A model generated the notes under the pieces. That model worked only from the letters and a program-made list of their open reading frames with translations. It was not told the DNA's origin and made no database searches. A stretch of DNA of 35,911 nucleotides from Actinomycetota bacterium (lineage in GTDB: Bacteria; Actinomycetota; UBA4738; HRBIN12), in the NCBI GenBank assembly GCA_035286545.1, contig DATEDE010000072.1, forward strand, positions 1 to 35,911, given 5' to 3'. Made by a program: the position numbers and the translations under genes. Below, in pieces: positions 24,289 through 32,479 of this stretch (position 1 is its first letter; each line of letters starts with the position of its first letter).

Positions 24289-24300
24289 TAAAGGTAGGAT
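24289..24300 (+). promoter_or_regulatory. TAAAGGTAGGAT element (second exact copy) upstream of the SDR gene
   Basis: Identical 12-mer to 20255..20266. It lies 40 nt upstream of GTG 24340, with SD GGGAGGAGTGAGGAGG in between. Confidence 0.4.
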
Positions 24301-24339
24301 TCCCGTCCATATCGGGCCGGGAGGAGTGAGGAGGCGCAC

Positions 24340-25149
24340 GTGGATCTGAAGCTCGCGGGCAAGAAGGCGATCGTGACCGGTGGGAGCAAGGGCATCGGGC
24401 GCGAGACCGCGCGCATCCTCGCCGAGGAGGGGTGCGACGTCGCGATGACGGCGCGCGAGGAGGGGCGCCTGAAGGACGTCGCCGACGCCATCGCCTCGGC
24501 CACCGGCCGGACGATCCTCCCGCTCGCCGGCGACATGAGCGTGCAATCGGACGTCGAGCGGTGCATGAACGCCGCGATCGAGGCGTTCCAGGGCATCGAC
24601 GTCCTCGTGACGTGCGCGGGCAGCTCGCCGGGCGGTCTGCTCGAGGAGCTCACCGAGGACATGTGGATGAGCAGTCTCGGCCTGAAGTTCATGGGATACG
24701 TGCATTCGTGCAGCGTGATCCTGCCGCACATGCGGGAGCGCGGCACGGGCAGCGTGGTGCTCGTCGTCGGCAACGACGGGCTGAAGTCCTCGTACTGGGA
24801 GCTCACGGCCGGCGTCGCGAACGCCGCGGACATCAACTTCGCGGCCGCGATGGCAGAGCAGTACGGTCGCCACGGCATCCGCGTGAACACGGTGAACCCC
24901 GGCCCCGTGAACACCGACCGCTGGGACGGGCTCGAGAAGCGGTTCGCGCTCGATCGCGGCATCGACCAGTCCGATGCGCGAAGGATCGTGCTCGGGACGC
25001 TGCCGCTCGGTCGGATCTGCGAGCCCGAGGAGGTCGCGAGCGTCGTCGTGTTCCTCGCCTCGCCGCAGGCGAGCTACGTGAACGGCACGCACGTGCTGAT
25101 CGACGGTGCCCAGCTGAAGGGGCTGCTCGATGCCGGCCTGCACTCGTGA
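24340..25149 (+). CDS. Short-chain dehydrogenase/reductase (SDR) superfamily protein, atypical active site
   Basis: GTG start. 269 aa. Cofactor motif TGGSKGIG and the ...IRVNTVNPGPVNTD... block are present. No clear YxxxK: the region reads SSYWELTAGVANAAD. Confidence 0.75.
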   Translation: MDLKLAGKKAIVTGGSKGIGRETARILAEEGCDVAMTAREEGRLKDVADAIASATGRTILPLAGDMSVQSDVERCMNAAIEAFQGIDVLVTCAGSSPGGLLEELTEDMWMSSLGLKFMGYVHSCSVILPHMRERGTGSVVLVVGNDGLKSSYWELTAGVANAADINFAAAMAEQYGRHGIRVNTVNPGPVNTDRWDGLEKRFALDRGIDQSDARRIVLGTLPLGRICEPEEVASVVVFLASPQASYVNGTHVLIDGAQLKGLLDAGLHS

Positions 25150-25182
25150 CCCGCTGACGCCCGCCGGGTCGGAGGCGGCACG

Positions 25183-26181
25183 ATGACCGACCTGATCGAC
25201 GTCCACTCGCACGACTACCCGGACTCGTACCTGGACGCGTGTAAGCGCGAGGACAGCGGGTTCACGCACTACTACCGTGACGACGGGCGCCTGATCGTGC
25301 TCCAGGACGGCGGCGTCGCGCTCGCCGCGCCGCAGCCGCTGCCGCCGCCCGAGCACCGCATCGGCATGATGGATGAGGCCGGTGTCGCGGTGCAGGTGCT
25401 GTCGATCTCGGCGCCGAACGTCTACCGGTTCCCGGCGTCGATCCGGATCCCGCTCACGCGGGAGGTGAACGACGAGTTCGCCGATCGCGTGGAGGGTTCG
25501 GGCGGGCGGCTCCGGATGCTAGCGAGCCTGCCGCTGCCCGACGTCGACGAGGCCCTCGCGGAGCTCGACCGCGCGCTCGGCCTGCCGGGCGTCGTCGGTA
25601 TCGTCCTGTGCTCGAACCTCGACGGCATGACGCTCGACGACGAGCGACTCGGGCCCCTGTACGAGGAACTGTCACGTCGGGAGACGACCGTGTTCGTCCA
25701 CGGCAACGTTCCATGCAGCACGGAGGGGCTCCGCGAGTACGCGATGGCGCTCGCGATGGGGTTCATGGCCGACCCGCTCTTCGCGATCGGCCGCCTCGTC
25801 TACTCCGGCACGATCGACCGGTACCCCGGGATCGACTGGATCTTCACGCACCTGGGGGGGACGGTACCGTTCGTGCTGCCCCGGTACGACAACTACTACA
25901 AGCAGTTCCCGGAGTGCCGGGAGAAGATCACGCGGCCGCCGTCGGAGATCATCCGGGAGCTCTACTTCGACACGTGCACGATGCACCCGCCAGCGCTCCG
26001 GTGCGCGGTCGACACGCTCGGCGCGGACCGCCTCGTCTTCGGGTCCGACTACCCGCACGTGCCGGGCGGGATCGACCGGTTCGTCACGATCTTGAACTCG
26101 ATCGGGCTCTCCGAGGACGAGGTCTCGATGATCGGGCGGGCGACGGCCGCCCGCCTGCTCGGGATCCTGGAGGCGGCGTGA
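25183..26181 (+). CDS. Amidohydrolase_2 (ACMSD-like metal-dependent decarboxylase/hydrolase) family protein
   Basis: ATG 25183 lies 7 nt after GGAGG. 332 aa. N-terminal IDVHSHDYP (HxH) and C-terminal LVFGSDYPH (Asp) are family hallmarks. Confidence 0.8.
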   Translation: MTDLIDVHSHDYPDSYLDACKREDSGFTHYYRDDGRLIVLQDGGVALAAPQPLPPPEHRIGMMDEAGVAVQVLSISAPNVYRFPASIRIPLTREVNDEFADRVEGSGGRLRMLASLPLPDVDEALAELDRALGLPGVVGIVLCSNLDGMTLDDERLGPLYEELSRRETTVFVHGNVPCSTEGLREYAMALAMGFMADPLFAIGRLVYSGTIDRYPGIDWIFTHLGGTVPFVLPRYDNYYKQFPECREKITRPPSEIIRELYFDTCTMHPPALRCAVDTLGADRLVFGSDYPHVPGGIDRFVTILNSIGLSEDEVSMIGRATAARLLGILEAA

Positions 26182-27560
26182 GCGTCGTCGTCCGCGGCGG
26201 GCGCATCGTCACCGCGTCCGCGGACTTCGTGGGCGACGTCCTCATCGACGGGGAGACGATCGCCGCGATCGGGTCGTTCCCCGACATCGACGCACAGGTC
26301 ATCAACGCGAGCGGCAAGCTCGTGCTGCCCGGCGGCGTCGACCCGCACACGCACCTCGACGCGCCGCTGAAGGGGACGATGACGGCGGACGACTTCGAGT
26401 CGGGGACGATCGCCGCTGCGATCGGCGGGACGACCAGCATCATCGACTTCCCGGTGCAGGACAAGGGGCAGGACCCCCGCGTCTCCCACGAGGAGTGGGC
26501 CGGCCGCGCCGAGGGCAAGGCCGTCGTGGACTGGGGCCTCCACCAGGTGATCGTCGATCTGCCCGATGAGTACTTCCCGGCCCTGGACGACCTGATCGCG
26601 AACGGCTCGCCGAGCTTCAAGATGTTCATGGCCTATCCGGGCGCCCGGATGGTCGACGACGCGACGATCTTCAAGGCGATGCGGCGAACGGCCGACAACG
26701 GCGGCTTCGTCCTGATGCACTGCGAGAACGGCCCCGTGATCGACCTCCTCGAGAAGGAGGCGCTCGCCGCGGGGCACACCGGTCCCGAGTACAACGGCGT
26801 GACGCGCCCCCCGATCACCGAATCGGAGGCGACCGCCCGTGCCATCGCGCTCGCCGAGCTCGCCGGCGTCCCCGTCTACGTCGTTCACCTCGCCGCGGCG
26901 CAGGCGCTCGCCGCCGTCGCGGACGCTCGCGAACGCGGGCTGCCCGTCTACGCGGAGACGTGCCCGCACTACCTCCTGCTCACCGAGGAGGTGCTGAAAG
27001 AGCCCGACTTCGGGGGCGCGAAGTACGTGATGTGCCCGCCGCTGCGGACCCCGTGGCACCAGGAGCGCCTGTGGCAGGGGCTGCGGACGAACGACCTCCA
27101 GGTCGTCTCGACCGATCACACGCCGTTCCGGTTCGCGGACCAGAAACAGCTCGGGCGCGACAACTTCCCGAAGATCCCGAACGGCGTCCCCGGCATCGAG
27201 TGGCGGACGACGCTCCTGTACCACTTCGGCGTGCGCGAGGGGAGGATCGGGCTCAACCGGTTCGTCGAGCTGATCTCGACGACGCCGGCGAAGCTGTTCG
27301 GCTGCTACCCGCGCAAGGGCGAGATCGCGCCGGGCTCCGACGCCGACCTCGTGATCTTCGATCCCGAGCGCGAGACGACGTTGACCGCGGCATCCCAAGC
27401 CACGAAGAGCGACTACAACCCGTACGAGGGGTGGACCGTCCGCGGTGTCGTCGATACCGTGCTCCTGCGCGGGCAGGTCATCGTGGACGGCGGCCGGTTC
27501 GTCGGCAGGAAGGGGCAGGGGCGGTTCTTGCGCCGAGGGGCGTCCAGCGCGCTGGCCTGA
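26178..27560 (+). CDS. D-hydantoinase / dihydropyrimidinase
   Basis: GTG 26178 overlaps the upstream stop (GTGA). 460 aa. GGVDPHTHLD, SFKMFMAY (carbamylated-Lys context), VLMHCEN, VYVVHL and VSTDHTPF match the cyclic amidohydrolase metal-site pattern. Confidence 0.85.
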   Translation: MSVVVRGGRIVTASADFVGDVLIDGETIAAIGSFPDIDAQVINASGKLVLPGGVDPHTHLDAPLKGTMTADDFESGTIAAAIGGTTSIIDFPVQDKGQDPRVSHEEWAGRAEGKAVVDWGLHQVIVDLPDEYFPALDDLIANGSPSFKMFMAYPGARMVDDATIFKAMRRTADNGGFVLMHCENGPVIDLLEKEALAAGHTGPEYNGVTRPPITESEATARAIALAELAGVPVYVVHLAAAQALAAVADARERGLPVYAETCPHYLLLTEEVLKEPDFGGAKYVMCPPLRTPWHQERLWQGLRTNDLQVVSTDHTPFRFADQKQLGRDNFPKIPNGVPGIEWRTTLLYHFGVREGRIGLNRFVELISTTPAKLFGCYPRKGEIAPGSDADLVIFDPERETTLTAASQATKSDYNPYEGWTVRGVVDTVLLRGQVIVDGGRFVGRKGQGRFLRRGASSALA

Positions 27561-27593
27561 CGGCTCGCGACGCGTCGGGACGAGGAGGACGAG

Positions 27594-28274
27594 ATGGCAG
27601 ACGCCGGCAGCGGGCTCTCGCTCCCGCCGGAGCGTGTGGACCCGGAGAAGACCAGGTTCCTCGTGATCGACGTGCAGAACGACTTCTGTGCGCAAGGCGG
27701 GTGGTTCGACGAGTACGCGAACGACCTCACGCTGATCCACGAGGCTGTGGACCGGCTCGTGGCGTTCATCGACGTCGCGCGGCGGGCCGGGGTCCCGCCG
27801 ATCTTCGTCCGGGCGATCTACGATCGGATCTACCTGTCGCCGCCGATGCTCGAGCGGCACGCGCGGACCGGGCTCGGGATCGACCACTGCCGCGAGGGAA
27901 CGTGGGGCGCCGAGTTCTTCCGCGTGCAGCCGCTCGAGGGTGAGCTCGTCTTCACGAAGCACCGCTACAGCGCGTTCAAGGACACGGAGCTGAACGCCTA
28001 CCTGCGGGCGCAGCGGGTCGAGAACCTGATCCTCGCGGGCATCACGTCGAACGTCTGCGTGGAGTCGACGGCCCGCGACGCGTACATGTTCGACTACCAC
28101 GTCGTGTTCCTGAGCGACGCCTCCGCGACCTACCAGGCTGAGGCCCACGAGGCGACGCTCGCGAACATCCGTCGCGCGTTCGGCATCGTCGCGAGCACCG
28201 GCGAGGTCGCCGACGCGTGGCGATCCACGGGCGCACTGCCGGCGGCGCCCGGTCCCGCCCGAGCGGTCGGATGA
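27594..28274 (+). CDS. Isochorismatase-family cysteine hydrolase (RutB / N-carbamoyl-amide amidohydrolase-like), copy 3
   Basis: ATG 27594 follows GAGGAGGA. LVIDVQNDFC, EGTWGAEFF, TKHRYSAF, TSNVCVESTARDA. It is closest in pattern to copy 1. Confidence 0.85.
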   Translation: MADAGSGLSLPPERVDPEKTRFLVIDVQNDFCAQGGWFDEYANDLTLIHEAVDRLVAFIDVARRAGVPPIFVRAIYDRIYLSPPMLERHARTGLGIDHCREGTWGAEFFRVQPLEGELVFTKHRYSAFKDTELNAYLRAQRVENLILAGITSNVCVESTARDAYMFDYHVVFLSDASATYQAEAHEATLANIRRAFGIVASTGEVADAWRSTGALPAAPGPARAVG

Positions 28275-28308
28275 TCGGACAGCGACGGACTGGGTTCGCG
28301 GCCGTGCG

Positions 28309-30060
28309 TCAGGCGAGCGGCGGGAGCCACACGTCGACGACCGCCGGGCATCCCTCGCGCTCGACGGCTGTCCGCGCCTCGCGCAGGGTGGGGACGAGGT
28401 CGGCGCGCTCGTCCACGCGCGCGCCGAAGCCGCCCGCGGCCCGCGCCTGCGCGGCGAAGTCCGGCGGCGGGTCGAACGTCCCGCCCGAGTAGTCGTTCGC
28501 GCGGACGGCCGAGCCGTTCGGGTAGTCCTCCCGAAGACGGGTCGTGCCCGTGCGGTAGCCGCGGTTGTTCGCGACGACGGTCAGGATGGGGACGTCGTAC
28601 CGTCCCTGCGCCCACAGCAGGATGCTCGGCGATCCGAACTGGTATGCCCCGTCGCCGACGAGGGAGGCAACGAACCGGCCGCGGTCGGCGAACCGCACTC
28701 CCATCCCGGCGGCGACCGACCATCCAAGGCTCGAGCCGCCGGACTCGAAAAGCGTGTCGGGCAGGGTCCGGGGGATGCGCCAGGTGTCGGTCATCTCCCA
28801 CGTGAGGACGTCGTCGGGCTCGAGCGCCTGCGCCATCGCGCTGCCGAGCGCGTCCTCGTCGATCGGCCCGGTGCTGGGCGCGGCCGTGTCCCGCTCGGCG
28901 ATCCGTCGTCCGGCGAGCGCCTCGAACGACGCCCAGCGCTCCCGGATCCGCTCAGCGTGCGACCCCGTCCGCAGCGAGCGCATCCGCTCGACCAGCACCG
29001 TGAGGAAGTCCGTGGGGTCCGCCGTGATCCGGACGTCGCTCGGGAACTCGTAGAGCGGGACCGTGATCGCCGCCGGGTCGTTCCCCACGGTGGCGATCCA
29101 CGCGTCGGGCGAGGGACGTTCGCGCGCGGGGATCCATGGCACGAGGTGCTCGAGGACGACGATCGCATCGACGCGCGAGAGCGGCACGATCCCGTCGTCG
29201 CGCGGCGTCTGCGCCGACGTGAACGTGCCGCCGGCCCACGAGCTCGGATGGTCGTCGGAAAGGTTCATCCGATGCCGCGTCGCGCGGACCGCGATCGCGA
29301 AGTCTCGCGCGAGCTCGTCGAGCGCGTCGATCGCTCGGGGATCGCGACCGACGCGGTCGGTGATGACGAGCGGGTGGTCGGCGTCGAGCAAGCGGCGCGC
29401 GATCTCGTCCACCGCGTCGTCGGGCCCGGCCCCGACCCGCGGGACGCCGAGTCGGTCGACCGTGGTCATGCCAGCGTCGCCGCCGAGGGGGACGTGACCG
29501 ACCTCCTTCGGCAGGATCAGGTACGCCGGGCCCTGCGGCGGCGTCGTCGCCACCTGGAGGGCCCTCGCGGTCACCAGTGCGGGATCGTCGTACGTCGACA
29601 GCTTGTAGTCCCACTTCATGAACTGCCGCGCGATCTCGCCCTGGTCCCACCGCTGCTGCTTCCAGAACACGGGGATCGTCCGGCGCTCGACGGTCGTACC
29701 CGGGTAGCCGGTGATCACGAGGACGGGGTACTGCCCGACCATCGCGTTGTGCAGGGCGCCCCCCATGTGGAGGAGCCCGACGTCCACGTGCGCCGCGACC
29801 GCGGCCGGAGCGCGCCGGATCATCGCCTCGCCCATCGCGATCGAGATCGCGACGTGCTCGTGGACCATCTGCATGATCCGCGGCGAGGGTAGTCCATGCT
29901 CCTTTGCCCGGGCGGCCGCCTCCTGGAACGACACGAGGTCGTTGCCGCTCACGAACCAGAGGTGCTCGATCCCGGCGAGCTTCGCGACCGCGAGGATGGC
30001 CTGGGCCGGCTCGGCGCCGGCGAGGTCGACGCTCCCTGTCGAGCCCTCCGACGCGCTCAC
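28309..30060 (-). CDS. Thiamine-diphosphate-dependent enzyme (acetolactate synthase / benzoylformate decarboxylase superfamily)
   Basis: GTG start (CAC 30058-30060). 583 aa. The N-terminal PYR domain (...HVDVGLLHMGGALHNAMVGQYPVLVITG...) and the ThDP motif LVGDGAYQF...VVANNRGY are present. Confidence 0.8.
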   Translation of the reverse strand: MSASEGSTGSVDLAGAEPAQAILAVAKLAGIEHLWFVSGNDLVSFQEAAARAKEHGLPSPRIMQMVHEHVAISIAMGEAMIRRAPAAVAAHVDVGLLHMGGALHNAMVGQYPVLVITGYPGTTVERRTIPVFWKQQRWDQGEIARQFMKWDYKLSTYDDPALVTARALQVATTPPQGPAYLILPKEVGHVPLGGDAGMTTVDRLGVPRVGAGPDDAVDEIARRLLDADHPLVITDRVGRDPRAIDALDELARDFAIAVRATRHRMNLSDDHPSSWAGGTFTSAQTPRDDGIVPLSRVDAIVVLEHLVPWIPARERPSPDAWIATVGNDPAAITVPLYEFPSDVRITADPTDFLTVLVERMRSLRTGSHAERIRERWASFEALAGRRIAERDTAAPSTGPIDEDALGSAMAQALEPDDVLTWEMTDTWRIPRTLPDTLFESGGSSLGWSVAAGMGVRFADRGRFVASLVGDGAYQFGSPSILLWAQGRYDVPILTVVANNRGYRTGTTRLREDYPNGSAVRANDYSGGTFDPPPDFAAQARAAGGFGARVDERADLVPTLREARTAVEREGCPAVVDVWLPPLA

Positions 30061-30102
30061 CTTGGTCTCGACGTCCGTCGGGGCCTCTCGCGCTCGGTCA
30101 TA

Positions 30103-30110
30103 GGTACGAC
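30103..30110 (+). promoter_or_regulatory. GGTACGAC, a -10-like relative of GGTA(G/C)GAT in the divergent intergenic region
   Basis: It lies within GGTCATAGGTACGACCATATATGC, the only AT-richer patch between the TPP-enzyme start (30060) and the amidohydrolase coding frame. Confidence 0.25.
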
Positions 30111-30164
30111 CATATATGCTCGGCTCGGCGCCCGCGCGGTGCGGGACGGGACGAGAGGCACGCC

Positions 30165-31598
30165 CTGGCGACCTACCTCCAGCATCTGGGGTTCGCGATC
30201 ACGGCCGACCCCGACGACGCGGTCCACCGCGACGCCGCGGTCGTGATCGACGAGGATCGGATCGTCGACGTGGGGCCGACCCCGGAGGTCCTCGAACGTC
30301 GCCCGCCGACGCCCGCCGACGAGATCGTCGAGGGCTCGGATCTCGGCATCTGCCCCGGGTTCGTCGATACCCACGTGCACCTGTCGGAGACGCTCTCGAG
30401 GGCGAGCTTCCCCGACTTCCTCGACACGCGCGCCTGGGTCTTCCAGTGGGTCATGCCGTACTACGGCGAGCTCACGGCCGAGGACGAGCGCGTGGCCGTC
30501 CTCGTCGCGGCGACCGAGATGCTGCGCTCTGGGACGACGTGCTTCCTCGATATGGGGGCCTTGAACGACCCGCGCGACACCGTGCCGGTCCTCGCGGAGG
30601 TCGGGATCCGCGGCGTCACCGGGCGCCACGCGGCAGACGTGAGGCCGGACCCTTGGCCCGAGGGCTGGTCGCCGCGGATGGTCGATCACCACTTCTTCCC
30701 GAGCGCGGCCGCGGCGCTCGCGGAGCTCGAGGCGTGCGTCCGGGAGCTCGACGGCGCCGCCGACGGGCGGATCCGATGCTGGGTCAACATCCAGGGGAAG
30801 GAACCGTGCAGCGCCGAGCTCCACGTCGGCGCGCGGGAGCTCTCCGAGCGGCTCGGCGTCGGGACGACCTATCACATCGCGTCGACGACGAAGGAGGCCG
30901 ACCTGATCGAGCGCAAGTACGGCGCGCGACCGGTGGCGCGGATGGAGAGCCTCGGCGCGCTCGGGCCGAACCTCGTGCTCGCGCATGCGGTCGCCCTGAA
31001 CGACGAGGAGGTCTCGATCCTCGCCCGGCGTGGGGTGAGTGTGGCGTTCTGTCCGGGCACGTCGCTGAAGCTCGGGAAGGGGGCGACGGCGATCGGTCGC
31101 TACCCGGAGCTGCTCGACGCAGGCGTCACGGTCGGCCTGGGGACCGACGGCGTCTCGGCCTCGGGCAACCTGAACATGATGCGCCAGCTGCACCTCGCCG
31201 CGGGTCTGTTCAAGGACGCGCGCATGGACGCCACGCTCGTAGGCGCGCGCCGCGCGCTGCGCATGGCAACGATCGACGGCGCGCGAGCGCTCGGGATGGA
31301 CCATGAGATCGGCTCGCTCGAGCCGGGCAAGAAGGCCGACCTCATCGTATTCGACCTGTCGCACCACGAGTGGGTCCCGTACCAGGACCCCGTCCAGGCG
31401 CTCGTGTGGTCGGCCACGCCGGCGAGCATCCGCGAGACGTGGGTGGACGGACGGCGCGTCTACGCGGAGGGGACGGTGACCACGGTCGGGGACGAGGCGG
31501 CGCTGCGGGCTGAGGCGACTCAGCGTGCGAGGGCACTCCTGCGCCGTGCCGGGTTGCGCGACGCGGACGTCCCGATCACCACGACGGCCTACGAGTGA
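30165..31598 (+). CDS. Amidohydrolase-superfamily deaminase/chlorohydrolase-like enzyme (AtzA/TrzA/SsnA/cytosine-guanine deaminase-like); start codon uncertain
   Basis: The frame carries PGFVDTHVHLSE (HxH), TYHIAST, VLAHAVAL, LGTDGVSAS and GSLEPGKKADLIVFD. No in-frame ATG/GTG/TTG lies between the TTG at 29904 (inside the divergent gene) and the conserved N-terminus. CTG 30165 sits 6 nt after GAGAGG and is the best candidate. Confidence 0.7.
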   Translation: MATYLQHLGFAITADPDDAVHRDAAVVIDEDRIVDVGPTPEVLERRPPTPADEIVEGSDLGICPGFVDTHVHLSETLSRASFPDFLDTRAWVFQWVMPYYGELTAEDERVAVLVAATEMLRSGTTCFLDMGALNDPRDTVPVLAEVGIRGVTGRHAADVRPDPWPEGWSPRMVDHHFFPSAAAALAELEACVRELDGAADGRIRCWVNIQGKEPCSAELHVGARELSERLGVGTTYHIASTTKEADLIERKYGARPVARMESLGALGPNLVLAHAVALNDEEVSILARRGVSVAFCPGTSLKLGKGATAIGRYPELLDAGVTVGLGTDGVSASGNLNMMRQLHLAAGLFKDARMDATLVGARRALRMATIDGARALGMDHEIGSLEPGKKADLIVFDLSHHEWVPYQDPVQALVWSATPASIRETWVDGRRVYAEGTVTTVGDEAALRAEATQRARALLRRAGLRDADVPITTTAYE

Positions 31599-31618
31599 GC
31601 GGGCGGCCCTCAGCCCGC
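31599..31618. terminator. Hairpin between convergent genes (possible bidirectional terminator)
   Basis: GCGGGC-ggccctca-GCCCGC forms a 6-bp stem. It starts 1 nt after TGA 31596-31598 and covers the regulator's stop codon (TCA 31610-31612). Confidence 0.3.
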
Positions 31619-32440
31619 CGGTGCGCGTTGCATCCCGAGGTCGACCTTCAGGACGTCCGACAGGAGCGCGTTGGTCGCCTCGATGTGATCGCGCATCGCA
31701 CGGTACGAGGTCTCCGGGTCGCGGTCGGCGATCGCGTCGACGATCCGGTGGTGCTGCACCTCGGAGTGATCCTGCTCGCCGCGTAGGCCCCGCGCCGAGG
31801 ATAGGTACGCGAGGAGCTCGTGCAGCCGCATCTGCTCCTCGAGCACGAGGTCGAGCAGCCGAGCGGAGCGGGCCGTGTGGGCGATAGCGATGTGCAGCGT
31901 AGAGTCGGCCTGGCGCAGCTCGGCCGCCGGGACGCGTTCGGCGCGTTCGGCGAGCCACCGGAGGTTCTCGATCGCTTCGTCGGTGGCGCGGAGAGCCGCG
32001 AGCTCGGCGGCCTTCGGCTCGACCGCCGCGCGCATGTCGAACAGCTCGGGGATCAGCGGCCCCATCTCCCGGGCGATCCGCTGGATGTCCGTCCTCGTCG
32101 GCTGGCGGATCCGGCGCTGCACGATGAACGTCCCGCCGGACCGGCCCCGGCTGGTCTTCAGGTACCCCTGCTGCTGGAGCGCGCGGATCCCCTCGCGGAG
32201 CGTCGTCCGGCTCACGCCGAGCCGTTCGACGAGCTCGCGCTCCGGCGGCAGGCGGGCGCCTGACTTCAGGGCGCCGAGCTTGATCGCCTGCGCGAGCCGC
32301 TGGACGGCCACCTCATAGGCGCTGTGCCAATGCGCTTGCCGGAAGAAGACGTCTTCCAGAAGGGCTTCGACGTGCGGCGGGAGGAGCTCGCTATCTCGAT
32401 CGTTCATCGCCGGATCCCAGCGCGATTGATGGGCCAGCAT
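31610..32440 (-). CDS. GntR-family transcriptional regulator, FadR subfamily (FCD domain; PdhR/LldR-like)
   Basis: The winged-helix block LPPERELVERLGVSRTTLREGIRALQQQGYLKTSRGRSGGTFI is followed by an all-helical FCD-like C-terminus with His residues (...LHIAIAH..., ...HHRIVDAI...). ATG 32407 is an alternative start. Confidence 0.85.
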   Translation of the reverse strand: MLAHQSRWDPAMNDRDSELLPPHVEALLEDVFFRQAHWHSAYEVAVQRLAQAIKLGALKSGARLPPERELVERLGVSRTTLREGIRALQQQGYLKTSRGRSGGTFIVQRRIRQPTRTDIQRIAREMGPLIPELFDMRAAVEPKAAELAALRATDEAIENLRWLAERAERVPAAELRQADSTLHIAIAHTARSARLLDLVLEEQMRLHELLAYLSSARGLRGEQDHSEVQHHRIVDAIADRDPETSYRAMRDHIEATNALLSDVLKVDLGMQRAPAG

Positions 32441-32479
32441 ACCCCGGGCATCATCGCGCTCCGTGCAGGCCTGGGCGAT

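Noticed and set aside
26049-28148. Very long antisense or off-frame ORFs in the track (for example 26049..28148 - 699 aa, 14587..16203 -, 445..1794 -, 2275..3264 -, 10016..11416 -, 21530..23014 -, 30057..31958 -, 32324..34081 +, 34145..35176 +)
   Set aside because: Their translations are Arg/Gly/Pro/Ala/Asp-rich low-complexity strings with no recognisable motifs. Each lies opposite to, or out of frame with, a gene that has clear family signatures. Long spurious ORFs are expected in ~70% GC DNA because stop codons are rare.
29904-31598. Using TTG 29904 (track ORF start) or ATG 30116 as the amidohydrolase start
   Set aside because: TTG 29904 would put 156 nt of Arg/Pro-rich sequence inside the divergent TPP-enzyme gene. 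ATG 30116 is in another frame, and its 396-aa product has no protein-like features.
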